In this document: positions 17,489-26,976 of the stretch, piece after piece
How the letters are laid out: the number at the start of each line of letters is the position of its first letter
How positions within the stretch are numbered: position 1 is the stretch's first letter
DNA from: Alphaproteobacteria bacterium
GTDB taxonomy: Bacteria > Pseudomonadota > Alphaproteobacteria > Rs-D84
DNA: 64,000 bases
Direction: 5' to 3'
NCBI GenBank assembly: GCA_046881825.1
Contig: JBKSMS010000014.1
Location: 40,325-104,324, forward strand
Notes under the pieces: model-generated
Databases searched by the model: none
The model's input: the letters and a program-made list of their open reading frames with translations, nothing else
What the model was told of the DNA's origin: nothing
Translations under genes and position numbers: made by a program

Positions 17489-17507
17489 TCTTTTATTTTA
17501 ATATACT

Positions 17508-17828
17508 TTATTTTTTGATGTCTTTGATTGTCACTTTGAACACCACATCTTTGCCAGCCAAGTTTTTAACATAATTTTCTGGGAAAGTAATATTGACATC
17601 ACGTGTTTCACCAACTTTGGCACCAACCAATTGTTCTTCAAAGCCCGGAACAAAAGTGCCACTGCCCAATTTCAAAGAATAATCATTTGCTGTTCCGCCA
17701 GCAAATTGTTCTTCGCCCAAAAAGCCAGCAAAATCAATAACAACTGTATCGCCATTTTTAGCTGTTTTTTCACAACCTGCCAATACAGCGACACCACACA
17801 AGGCTAATATACCCATTACTTTTTTCAT
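17508..17828 (-). CDS. lipoprotein with a trigger-factor/FKBP-type PPIase domain
   Basis: Lipobox LAGC; GDTVVIDFAGFLGEEQFAGGTANDYSLKLGSGTFVPGFEEQLVG...FPENY. Confidence 0.7.
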   Translation of the reverse strand: MKKVMGILALCGVAVLAGCEKTAKNGDTVVIDFAGFLGEEQFAGGTANDYSLKLGSGTFVPGFEEQLVGAKVGETRDVNITFPENYVKNLAGKDVVFKVTIKDIKK

Positions 17829-17856
17829 TTTTTTACTCCTTTTTATTTAGTTTTTT

Positions 17857-18399
17857 CTATTGAATATAAACGCATCTAAATCCATATTCGCGCATCGCTG
17901 CACCTTCGGATTCGACACGGTAATCAAAGAAAGTTGTTGGCCGCATCACTTCGAACGAAGGACGGTCATAAATAATCGCTATGCTTTCTGCATTACGACC
18001 ACAAACGCGTTTCATTTCATAATCGGCAACACGCGCCAAAACAGTCCGCATATCGGCATCAACATCTTTGCCATCGGCACTTTGCATATAGCGCAGGCGC
18101 ATTTCACGAACCTCTGTATCGCCCAGCAAGATTTCTACGCGCACTATTGCACCCTTATACTCTTGCCATCTGGTTTCTTTACGTGCAGTATTCCAGCGAT
18201 TCGAAGATTCTGTTCTTTCCGCCATTGTTTTTGGTTTATACGAATCGATTTGTGAATATTCATTTTCATCAGTTATGTATTCACTGGTCGTTTCGTTATA
18301 AACTTCGGAAGTGACTTTGCCGTAAAAACCGCCGTTATCAGAAGCACATCCAGCGACCAACAAACCGACAGTTAAACAATAAAATATAGATTTTTTCAT
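17857..18399 (-). CDS. lipoprotein, unknown function
   Basis: Signal peptide with lipobox VAGC. Confidence 0.4.
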   Translation of the reverse strand: MKKSIFYCLTVGLLVAGCASDNGGFYGKVTSEVYNETTSEYITDENEYSQIDSYKPKTMAERTESSNRWNTARKETRWQEYKGAIVRVEILLGDTEVREMRLRYMQSADGKDVDADMRTVLARVADYEMKRVCGRNAESIAIIYDRPSFEVMRPTTFFDYRVESEGAAMREYGFRCVYIQ

Positions 18400-18480
18400 T
18401 TCTTTTTCTCTTTGCTTTTTTTTATTCTAGCAAATAAACTTTTTTGATTCAAGAGCCGATTTGTGTTATAATAGTTAAAA

Positions 18481-19440
18481 ATGACTAATATAGTTCTTGA
18501 ATCTTTGTTGAAACCTTTGGCAGATTTTTATTCGCCTTCGTTTGTTGAAGAAATCGCGATAAATCGCCCAGGCGAAGTATGGATGCGACTTAATGGTGGT
18601 CGCGTTCCATGGGTTTCTTATCATGCAGAAATATTATCCAAACAATATCTGGTTGATTTGATTCATACTGTTGCGAACATTTACGAACGCCCATTTGACC
18701 CGATTCACGGAATGCCGGTGGTATATGCGACTTTGCCGGGGAATCATCGTTTTTCTGCTATTGCGGGACCAAATGTTCAATATGATGAAAATGATGTGAC
18801 AGGTGGTGTTGCACTTAATATTCGTGGTGGCGGGGTTAGCGAAACCAGCTTTGAAAACTATCATCTTGAACGCGGGAAAAAATTATTAAAAGTAAAACCA
18901 CGCGTTTCGAATCGCCCAGACGACCCATACGACAGATTGATGTCTGCCATCAACGACGGCAGTCCTATTTTGGTATCTGGTGCAACATCTACGGGAAAAA
19001 CAACATTTTTAAACCATATGTTGACATTGATTGACCAAAACAGCCGTGTGATTACTGTCGAAGATGCGCGCGAAATTCGCGTTCCACAAAAAAATCGCGT
19101 TCATTTTGTGTTATCCAGAACAGAACAAACAAACGATTTTAATTATGCTCGTCTTTTAGATTTGGTTGTTCGTATGACACCAGATGTAATTATTGGCGGG
19201 GAAATATCGACTGATAATGCGTCTGTGTTATGGGAAATGTTGGGGACGGGACACGACCATTTTTATACTACTATTCATGCAGAAAGCGCAGAAGCAGCCT
19301 ATGCTGCATTTGCAGACAGAATTTTACATACACAACCGGCATACGACCGCGGTGAATTGATTGCGGAAATGAAAAAGAAAATCCGCGTTGTCCAATTATC
19401 AAGGGACGGCACATTACGTGCAGTGACAGAGGTTGTATAA
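18481..19440 (+). CDS. virB11: VirB11-family type IV secretion ATPase
   Basis: EEIAINRPGEVW, Walker A GATSTGKTT, ITVEDAREI, GGEIS, His-box region TIHAESA. Confidence 0.8.
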   Translation: MTNIVLESLLKPLADFYSPSFVEEIAINRPGEVWMRLNGGRVPWVSYHAEILSKQYLVDLIHTVANIYERPFDPIHGMPVVYATLPGNHRFSAIAGPNVQYDENDVTGGVALNIRGGGVSETSFENYHLERGKKLLKVKPRVSNRPDDPYDRLMSAINDGSPILVSGATSTGKTTFLNHMLTLIDQNSRVITVEDAREIRVPQKNRVHFVLSRTEQTNDFNYARLLDLVVRMTPDVIIGGEISTDNASVLWEMLGTGHDHFYTTIHAESAEAAYAAFADRILHTQPAYDRGELIAEMKKKIRVVQLSRDGTLRAVTEVV

Positions 19441-19478
19441 GACTTTTATAATTTAATAAAAAACAAAGGAGCAAACAC

Positions 19479-19889
19479 ATGGAACACATAGATGTTGAAA
19501 AAAAGATTCATAAAATAAGACAAGCTTTATCTAACGAATTAAAACAAGCAAACGCCATTGATGAAAACGGCAAATCAATCAATGATGAACTGTTTGACCG
19601 CATCATAGATGCCAAAATAAACGAAATAAACCAATTGGAACCAATGGTTGTTGATGAAATGGGTGTTGCGCGGGACAGATACGCGGCAAATATATTTATG
19701 TATCAAATACAGCTATTGAACGAAATGAAAAAGAATCATTCATTGGTCAAAGAACCAGAATTGCCGGAACACGATGCGGCAATAGAACGCGCAAACCAAC
19801 CGTCCAAAAGACAAAAGTTTTTAAACGGAATAAGAAATGTAATGAATAAATTTTCCATTCGCAAAAGGGGCAACGAATATTCAAAATAA
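19479..19889 (+). CDS. hypothetical coiled-coil protein
   Basis: 136-aa ORF with SD AAAGGAG; terminator at 19910-19934. Confidence 0.35.
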   Translation: MEHIDVEKKIHKIRQALSNELKQANAIDENGKSINDELFDRIIDAKINEINQLEPMVVDEMGVARDRYAANIFMYQIQLLNEMKKNHSLVKEPELPEHDAAIERANQPSKRQKFLNGIRNVMNKFSIRKRGNEYSK

Positions 19890-19969
19890 GAAAGCAAAGA
19901 AAACAAAACAACCGCCAATCGGCGGTGTTTTTTTGTAATTTTTGTTGTGGCTTTATATGGTAAAAATGA

Positions 19970-20806
19970 TTATTGACTTACCCCGAACACCGCCCGACGG
20001 AAATCGGCGTTGTCCATGACGAGGTTCGCGCAGGCCAGCGCACACTCGTCCGCGCAATCAGACGCGGACTGGATGGGGGCGTAGAACACCCACGAAGGGG
20101 ACGCGACATTACACCGATTACCCCCATTCGGGGTATAATTTGTTGCATGACACCAACAATATTTGGCTTCACCACTTGCTGATGTTAAATCACTTTCTGT
20201 CGCACTCCAATTTGAACTGGCATTAGACCATGTAAAAGTGTTATGATCACCTCTTTTGGCACTGCATTTCGCCATGCCTTTTACTGTGCCATAGCTGAAT
20301 GTTACCGCCCATTCACCATTATTCAAATCACTGTTGTTTTCGGTCCCAAAATAAAGCGCCATTGTTTGTGTGCCTGTTGGGTCTATCGGTTTCCATCTGG
20401 TATGTGTTGCGTCCCAAGATGTACTTATTGATGTATCCAGACCGCTTAAACTGCATTGTTTTACCCGCCATCCCTTGAATGTATAGCCTGTTCTTGCGGC
20501 GGGTGGGGCCGGAATAGTCAATGCCCCATCGTAATCACAAGATTGCGAAGCCGTCCCAACGGTCATTGGGGTTGTGGCACTGCTGTCTTCGTACCAATTA
20601 AGTGTTATATGATTCGGCGCCCAATTAATTTCTATGTCCGCGGGACCAGTATCAGTATTTAATACACTGTCATCACAAGACGGTGTCGTCACATTATTTG
20701 CAATATCGGGATCTGCGCCCCATAACGGCACACACAAAATCGACAACAAACCACCCAGGCAAAGCGCCCTGCGCATATCAGACGATTTGTATGTTGTTAT
20801 GTTCAT
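19970..20806 (-). CDS. secreted protein with a Listeria-Bacteroides-type repeat (GYTFKGW) and a Cys-rich, GC-rich C-terminus
   Basis: Signal peptide LCLGGLLSILCVPLWGA; ARTGYTFKGWRV motif; composition outlier. Confidence 0.5.
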   Translation of the reverse strand: MNITTYKSSDMRRALCLGGLLSILCVPLWGADPDIANNVTTPSCDDSVLNTDTGPADIEINWAPNHITLNWYEDSSATTPMTVGTASQSCDYDGALTIPAPPAARTGYTFKGWRVKQCSLSGLDTSISTSWDATHTRWKPIDPTGTQTMALYFGTENNSDLNNGEWAVTFSYGTVKGMAKCSAKRGDHNTFTWSNASSNWSATESDLTSASGEAKYCWCHATNYTPNGGNRCNVASPSWVFYAPIQSASDCADECALACANLVMDNADFRRAVFGVSQ

Positions 20807-20913
20807 CCCTTTGCTCCCTTTGTTAATACAGAAATTATATCATATTTTTTATGTGAAAAAAAGTATTTTTTATTACGGACTTTCTGGGAACATCCTTGCC
20901 CCATTTTTGGGTA

Positions 20914-23115
20914 TCACATAAAACTTTGTGGGTTCACATCTATTTTCAGGCGAATATTTGCGGGCTGTTTAACACGATTTACCCAATCGCGCACAATTGG
21001 TTGCAAATTCGCACGCGCATCACCCGCAACCAAAAATCGCATACGATACCAATTCCTTATTTGATAAATCTGGGCGGGTATTGGCCCCATTATTTTTCCA
21101 CCATTTAATTTTGGTGCCGCCCCTGCCAGCGCATCACAATATTTTTTAAGTATTGTTTCTTTGTTGCCTTCTACAATAATCGCTATCAATTGTCCAAATG
21201 GGGGCATTTTTGCAACGCGCCTTGATTCCATATCTTGTCCCATAAATTCGTCCCTGTTTCCCGCACAAATTGCACGAATCACAGGGTGTTCCGGCTGGTA
21301 AGTCTGTAATAACACGCGTCCCGGAATTGCGCCACGTCCGGCACGACCTGAAACCTGGAACAGCTGTTGAAAAGTATGTTCGCCCGCGCGAAAATCTGTG
21401 CCAAACAACCCCATATCTGCATCAACCACACCAACCAATGTCAGGTTTGGAAAATGATGCCCCTTTGCCAGAATTTGCGTTCCAATAACTATATCTATGT
21501 CGCCGTCTTCCATTTTTTTAACCAATCTTTCCAATGCTTCGCGTGATTGCATAGTATCACTGGACACCAGCGCAGTTTTTGCCCCCGGAAATTTAATTGA
21601 TATTTCTTCTTCTATCTTTTCCAGCCCCGCCCCACGCATAGAAACACTGTTCCCACATTTGGGACACTTTGACGGCAACGGTATCGATTTCCCGCACATG
21701 TGGCAAAGCAATTTATTCAAATGTTTATGATAATTTAACGATACAGAACAATCAGGACATTCTGCAACCCAACCACATTTTTTACATTGAACAATTGGCG
21801 CGAATCCACGGCGATTTATAAACAACATAACCTGATTATGATTTGATAAAGTTTCCGATATCTTATCACATAATTCTGGTGAAAGATTGCCTGGCTTTTC
21901 ATCTTCATCATCTTTTACTTTATAAGGTTCAGGATGCGAAGCACGCATATCAATTGTTGTAATTGTTGGCAATTGTGCGCCACCAAATCTGGAATTTAAA
22001 CGGATGCGTTTATATTTTCCCAATGCGACATTATGTAATGTTTCTGTGGCTGGTGTAGCACTGGCCAACACAACAGTAAAATTCGCGATTTTAGCGCGCA
22101 ATATTGCCATGTCGCGCGCATGATAGTTTCCCATATCTTCTTGTTTGTATGAAGTATCGTGTTCTTCATCAACCACAATCAGCCCCAAATTTTGCCACGG
22201 CAAAAACAAAGCGCTTCGTGTGCCAACGACTATCCTTATATCGCCACGCGCCACACCACGCCAGATATTACGGCGGCGCGCAGAAGTCAAATTGCTGTGC
22301 CAGACAACAGGCGGATTACCAAACCTTTGTTTAAATCTGTTCATAAATTGTGCGGTCAAAGCAATTTCAGGCATCATCAACAAAACACTTTTGCCAGAAT
22401 TATAAGCACGCAACGCGGCATCAAAATAAACCTGTGTTTTACCAGACCCCGTTATCCCATCAAGCAGATAAACCGAAAATTCATTTTTATTTAACGCGTC
22501 CGCGATTGTGTTTGCTGCGGCTTGCTGTTCCGAATTTAAAACTATGTTGCCCATATCATGGTATTCATGAACAAAATCTTTTTCTTCCTTTGCGCGCCTG
22601 TCAGATAACACCAATACATTGTTTTTTATCATGGTTTTGACAACACTATTGCTGACATGCGATATATTCATAATATCATTCACAGACATAGCATCGTTAT
22701 CATTAGATTGAAAAGCATCTGCCACACGTTGTTGCGCTTCTGTTATTTTCGCATTGTGTTCAAAATTAAAAGTATATAACGGTTCATATTTCGGCGGATT
22801 AAAAGCATCTGGAACATTTATAACAAGGCGCAACACAGCCCCCGGTGCCATCAAAGTCCACCCAGACATTTTATATATCCAATCTATGTCAACAGACGAT
22901 AAATGCCCAAGATTACATTTTTCTATTATTGGCTTTATCTTTGTGGCATCCAAATTACTGTCCCCCGCCCCAACAATCACACCAATATATTGCTTGTTCA
23001 TAACAGTCACACGAACAAAATCACCAATATCGGCATTTACCGTCAAACGATAGTCATAACCACTGTTTATGACATTAGGAATCAGGACTTTTACAATATC
23101 GCCGTTTTTAAACAT
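20914..23115 (-). CDS. priA: primosomal replication-restart helicase PriA
   Basis: GITGSGKTQVY, VVDEEHD, Cys4 zinc fingers CKKCGW..CPDC..CHMCG..CPKCG, QVSGRAGR. Confidence 0.9.
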   Translation of the reverse strand: MFKNGDIVKVLIPNVINSGYDYRLTVNADIGDFVRVTVMNKQYIGVIVGAGDSNLDATKIKPIIEKCNLGHLSSVDIDWIYKMSGWTLMAPGAVLRLVINVPDAFNPPKYEPLYTFNFEHNAKITEAQQRVADAFQSNDNDAMSVNDIMNISHVSNSVVKTMIKNNVLVLSDRRAKEEKDFVHEYHDMGNIVLNSEQQAAANTIADALNKNEFSVYLLDGITGSGKTQVYFDAALRAYNSGKSVLLMMPEIALTAQFMNRFKQRFGNPPVVWHSNLTSARRRNIWRGVARGDIRIVVGTRSALFLPWQNLGLIVVDEEHDTSYKQEDMGNYHARDMAILRAKIANFTVVLASATPATETLHNVALGKYKRIRLNSRFGGAQLPTITTIDMRASHPEPYKVKDDEDEKPGNLSPELCDKISETLSNHNQVMLFINRRGFAPIVQCKKCGWVAECPDCSVSLNYHKHLNKLLCHMCGKSIPLPSKCPKCGNSVSMRGAGLEKIEEEISIKFPGAKTALVSSDTMQSREALERLVKKMEDGDIDIVIGTQILAKGHHFPNLTLVGVVDADMGLFGTDFRAGEHTFQQLFQVSGRAGRGAIPGRVLLQTYQPEHPVIRAICAGNRDEFMGQDMESRRVAKMPPFGQLIAIIVEGNKETILKKYCDALAGAAPKLNGGKIMGPIPAQIYQIRNWYRMRFLVAGDARANLQPIVRDWVNRVKQPANIRLKIDVNPQSFM

Positions 23116-23166
23116 AATCATAAAATACTTGTTTTTTTTCTTTTTTTCAATAATCATTTGTGTGCT

Positions 23167-23901
23167 ATGTGGAAATTATTGTTTGAATTCAGCGACAGAC
23201 TATTCGCCGTCGTGCCAATAAAAAAATGGCGCGTGTTTCTGCGTAAAAAAGTCTTGTTCGATTACCGGCGCAAATTAAATGCTTTGCGTAAGGCGCGCCC
23301 TGAACTAAATTTCCGTAAAATGAAATTGGCCAAAGGTGGCGGTTCATTGGTCTTTATCATCGGCAACGATACTTTCAAGGTTCGCAAGCATGTTCATGAA
23401 TCCAAAGAATTTGCCCGTTTTACTTATGAAAAGCGCATAACTGATGCAATTCGTCCGTTTTGCACTGTCGCAATCCCAAACATAAACTTTTTCAATGCTG
23501 ACGGGTTTACTTTCTATGAAACCGCCAGAATACCTGGTAAAATGCTGGTTGATATGCCGACTTGGAAAATCAAAAAGCATCAAACACAAATCAGTAATCA
23601 ATTGGCTGAATTCATATACGAAAAATCTTTTGCTGACCCAAAAGAAATCGAAGATTTAAAGAAAAATCCAACCGCACCAAACTGTTCTTGGGTTCATGGT
23701 GACATGTGCAGTAATATTATGGTGAACCCAAAAAATATGGTCATAACTGGAATCATAGATTGGGAATGGGCGGGATACAAAGAAACAGACAAAGAATTTA
23801 TTGGCTTGGTGCGTGTGCGCAAGAAAATGCAAAAAATCGGTCTTGATAAAACAACGCGCATGGCTTATCAAAAAATATTGAACAAGAATCAAGAAATTTG
23901 A
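23167..23901 (+). CDS. aminoglycoside/choline-kinase-like phosphotransferase (APH family)
   Basis: WVHGDMCSNIMV...ITGIIDWEWAGY catalytic-loop pattern; start set at MWKLLF. Confidence 0.55.
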   Translation: MWKLLFEFSDRLFAVVPIKKWRVFLRKKVLFDYRRKLNALRKARPELNFRKMKLAKGGGSLVFIIGNDTFKVRKHVHESKEFARFTYEKRITDAIRPFCTVAIPNINFFNADGFTFYETARIPGKMLVDMPTWKIKKHQTQISNQLAEFIYEKSFADPKEIEDLKKNPTAPNCSWVHGDMCSNIMVNPKNMVITGIIDWEWAGYKETDKEFIGLVRVRKKMQKIGLDKTTRMAYQKILNKNQEI

Positions 23902-24785
23902 TTTATTACTTGATTAATATCATCGTCATTTGGAGTATGGTCAATTATAAAGTCTGCATCATATTGTCCGCGAAACCATGTGCGTTGACGTTTGGCATAT
24001 TGATTAGTTTTTACAATCCAATTTTCAATCGCGTCTTTTTCAGATAATTCGCCACGCAACATTTTACAAAACTGGGTCGCGCCAATGGCACGCGTTTCAT
24101 CCAGACCTTTTTCGATTATATTTTTTGCTTCATCCTTTGCGCCACCATGTATCATCTCTGGAATGCGTTTTGCAATTCTGTTCAATAAAACTTCGCGTTT
24201 TGGCAAAACCAAAATTTTATAAGCGTTTGGCACCAAAGCCCCCTTTCGTGGTTGCTTTTGCCAATCTGATAATGATTTACCTGTTTCCAAAAACACTTCC
24301 AGTGCGCGTGCAACGCGTTGTGGATCTGTTGGCGTAAAATCATTTGGCAACATTTTTCGCACAGAATCTATATCTTGTTGAACCATGTCTCTAGCGCGTT
24401 TTCTAACCTCTTCACTTATTTCAGGAATCGAAGATATCCCATTTAATAAAACATTTATGTAATAGCCTGTTCCGCCAACAAAGATTGGTGTTTTGCCCAT
24501 TGCCACAATTTCATCATATGCTTTTTTTGCCAATTCCATATAATCTGCAACACTGATATGTTCATTCAATGGCAAAACGGAAAATAGTTTATAAGGAACA
24601 CCGTCTATATTATCTGACACTTTTTGCCCTGCAAAAGGCGATGCAGATATGTTTTCAATTCCAGAATATATTTGGACGCTGTCGCAATTTATAATTGCTC
24701 CATTTATTCGTAATGCCAATTTGTGGGCAAAATCAGATTTACCCGAAGCAGTTGGTCCAGTAATAATAATCGCTTGCTGTTTCAT
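23889..24785 (-). CDS. miaA: tRNA dimethylallyltransferase
   Basis: IIITGPTASGKS, CDSVQIY, GGTGYY, AKRQRTWFR. Confidence 0.9.
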   Translation of the reverse strand: MKQQAIIITGPTASGKSDFAHKLALRINGAIINCDSVQIYSGIENISASPFAGQKVSDNIDGVPYKLFSVLPLNEHISVADYMELAKKAYDEIVAMGKTPIFVGGTGYYINVLLNGISSIPEISEEVRKRARDMVQQDIDSVRKMLPNDFTPTDPQRVARALEVFLETGKSLSDWQKQPRKGALVPNAYKILVLPKREVLLNRIAKRIPEMIHGGAKDEAKNIIEKGLDETRAIGATQFCKMLRGELSEKDAIENWIVKTNQYAKRQRTWFRGQYDADFIIDHTPNDDDINQVINQIS

Positions 24786-24897
24786 ATAACTTATTATAAA
24801 AACGACTTTTTCTGTTTGCAAGGTGGTATATCAAAAAAATCAAATTGTTTTTTTATCCGTTTTTGTGGTAAAATATGTTCAAACAAAGGATGGAAAA

Positions 24898-25896
24898 ATG
24901 AAAAAAATTCGTATAGCTATCAATGGTTTTGGTCGTATCGGTCGTTTGGTTTTACGTTCTGCTTTGGAATCTGGACGCAAAGATATTGAATTTGTGGCTG
25001 TCAATGATTTGGCACCGTTGGCGGAAAATGCATACCTTTTGCAAAATGATTCTGTGCATGGACGGTTAAATATGCCCGTTAAAACCGAAGGTGATTATAT
25101 CTTGGTTGGCGGACAAAAAATCAAATGTTTATGTGAAAAAGACCCTGCCAAACTTCCATGGAAACAATTAAAAGTTGATATTGTTATGGAATGCACCGGG
25201 TTGTTTACCGCCGCTGATAAAGCACGTGTTCATTTGGATTGCGGTGCAAAACGTGTTTTGGTTTCTGCCCCCTCGAGCGGTGCAGATAAAACCATAGTTT
25301 TCGGTGTAAATGAAAACAAAATAACAAAAAAAGATTTGATTATTTCAAATGCATCTTGTACTACAAATTGTTTGGCACCTGTTTTAAATGTTTTGGATAA
25401 AAAATTTGGCATAAAAAATGGCTGGATGACAACTGTGCATGCTTATACTGGCGACCAACAATTATTGGATAAAAACCACAAAGATTTTAGACGCGCACGT
25501 GCGGCAAATTTGTCTATGATTCCAACCAGCACTGGTGCGGCTAAGGCCATTGGTTTGGTATTACCAAAATTGGATGGAAAAATGGACGGTATCGCAATTC
25601 GTGTTCCAACACCCGATGTTTCTGTTATTGAATTGGTGTTAAACATACAAAAGAAAGCAACACCAGAATCTGTGAACAAAGCAATGTTTTCTGCACAGTC
25701 AGATATTTTGGGCTATAACGATAAACCTTTGGTGTCTATTGATTTCACGAACGATAAACACAGTGCGATATTTGATGCAACATTAACCAAGGTTATCGAA
25801 GATAATGTTCTACACATAACCGCATGGTATGATAACGAATGGGGATTTTCAAATCGCATGTGCGACACCGCCGTAGCAATTGGAAAGGTGTTGTAA
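24898..25896 (+). CDS. gap: glyceraldehyde-3-phosphate dehydrogenase
   Basis: INGFGRIGR, SNASCTTNCLAP, WYDNEWGFS. Confidence 0.95.
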   Translation: MKKIRIAINGFGRIGRLVLRSALESGRKDIEFVAVNDLAPLAENAYLLQNDSVHGRLNMPVKTEGDYILVGGQKIKCLCEKDPAKLPWKQLKVDIVMECTGLFTAADKARVHLDCGAKRVLVSAPSSGADKTIVFGVNENKITKKDLIISNASCTTNCLAPVLNVLDKKFGIKNGWMTTVHAYTGDQQLLDKNHKDFRRARAANLSMIPTSTGAAKAIGLVLPKLDGKMDGIAIRVPTPDVSVIELVLNIQKKATPESVNKAMFSAQSDILGYNDKPLVSIDFTNDKHSAIFDATLTKVIEDNVLHITAWYDNEWGFSNRMCDTAVAIGKVL

Positions 25897-26093
25897 AAAT
25901 TCTTTTAAACAAATCATCTTTATTAATTCTCCCCCAAACGGGGGAGTGCCGTCGGAGACGGGAGGGGGGTATCAGAAAAAACATAAACTATCTGGAAATA
26001 TACCCTCCCCACCGCTACGCGGTCCCCCCCTCCGGTGGAGGGGAATTATACCGTATGTGCGACACAGCCGTTGCAATTGGAAAAACTTTGTAA
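25855..26093 (+). repeat. diverged direct duplication of the last 14 gap codons (25855-25896 and 26052-26093) bracketing a GC-rich palindromic insert
   Basis: 35/42 nt identical by hand alignment; the copies encode RMCDTAVAIGKVL* and RMCDTAVAIGKTL*. Confidence 0.8.
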
Positions 26094-26100
26094 AAAAACG

Positions 26101-26128
26101 ACCCCAAGTTTGAATTCCTTGGGGTTTT
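26101..26128 (+). terminator. intrinsic terminator following the distal gap 3'-end copy
   Basis: ACCCCAAG-N9-CUUGGGGU then UUUUC. Confidence 0.6.
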
Positions 26129-26143
26129 CACTTGTTATTATTT

Positions 26144-26680
26144 TTATTTGTGAATTGTTGGTTCAAAAGTTTCAGTAGTTTCTTGACATAACTCGCCATT
26201 AGGTGTTCTACACCTGCATATCATTACTGTGCTAAGACCGTTGGTTTTACAATCAAGTTTACAATCACTAGGACATGTAACAACAGTTTCCCCTGACCCA
26301 ACAGATGCTTTTTCTGTCGCCCCCATTGGTGTTGATGGTATGTCTGCAGTGTTGACATTTTTTCCGATCTTTGCAGCACGTGCTGTATTTGTTTTTTTTG
26401 TTTGTTTTGTTGCGTTTGTTTTATCCAGTTCTTCCATTTTTTTTATTTCACGCATAACATCAGCCGACATACCAAAATTATTTACCGTAGGGCCACTACA
26501 CATTTTATAAGTACTTGGATTATAACAATACGCCTCAAAATTACCACCACTTTGAGAGGTATAAAGCACACATCCATCTGGACATTTTAAAGTAACTCCA
26601 ACACCACCCGATTGCACGGCATACCCATTGGTAGCAATAATCGCGCCAAGGGCACTGACAATTAAAAATGATTTTTTCAT
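26144..26680 (-). CDS. secreted Cys-rich protein, unknown function
   Basis: Signal peptide MKKSFLIVSALGAIIATNGYA; two Cys-rich ends separated by a K/T-rich linker; start at the ATG with SD AAAGGAGAAAAAG. Confidence 0.45.
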   Translation of the reverse strand: MKKSFLIVSALGAIIATNGYAVQSGGVGVTLKCPDGCVLYTSQSGGNFEAYCYNPSTYKMCSGPTVNNFGMSADVMREIKKMEELDKTNATKQTKKTNTARAAKIGKNVNTADIPSTPMGATEKASVGSGETVVTCPSDCKLDCKTNGLSTVMICRCRTPNGELCQETTETFEPTIHK

Positions 26681-26737
26681 TTCTTTTTCTCCTTTGATTT
26701 TTTTTACAAAAAAAATTGACCACCAAGAAAAAGTGGC

Positions 26738-26932
26738 CGGGGAGTTAGCAATCATACTGTTAGTGATTCCATGGTCTTCCGGTTACCCGTGTTTTATAAC
26801 CAACGGCTCCCCGACATATGTATAATCGGGGATATTACGGTGCAAAAAACACCGGAACATCTTCTTAACGATGCTTTCGCACCGAACAGTATGAGCCTGC
26901 TACAGCCCCGAACCCAATCTCTTGGATTCATC
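26738..26932 (-). ncRNA. candidate 6S RNA-like structured RNA downstream of zapA
   Basis: G+C above surroundings. About 23-25 nt arms GGGGCUGUAGCAGGCUCAUACUGUU / AACAGUAUGAUUGCUAACUCCCC close a 171-nt core. Inner helix UUCCGGU/ACCGGAA; GAAA-tetraloop hairpin GGUGC-GAAA-GCAUC. Confidence 0.4.
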
Positions 26933-26976
26933 AGGTATTATATCATAAAAAAACAGCGATTGAAAAGAAAAAATCA

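Noticed and set aside
25839-26113. ORFs of 84 and 77 aa crossing the GC-rich insert after gap
   Set aside because: They are read-through of palindromic non-coding DNA and the displaced gap 3' copy, and are in a different frame from gap.
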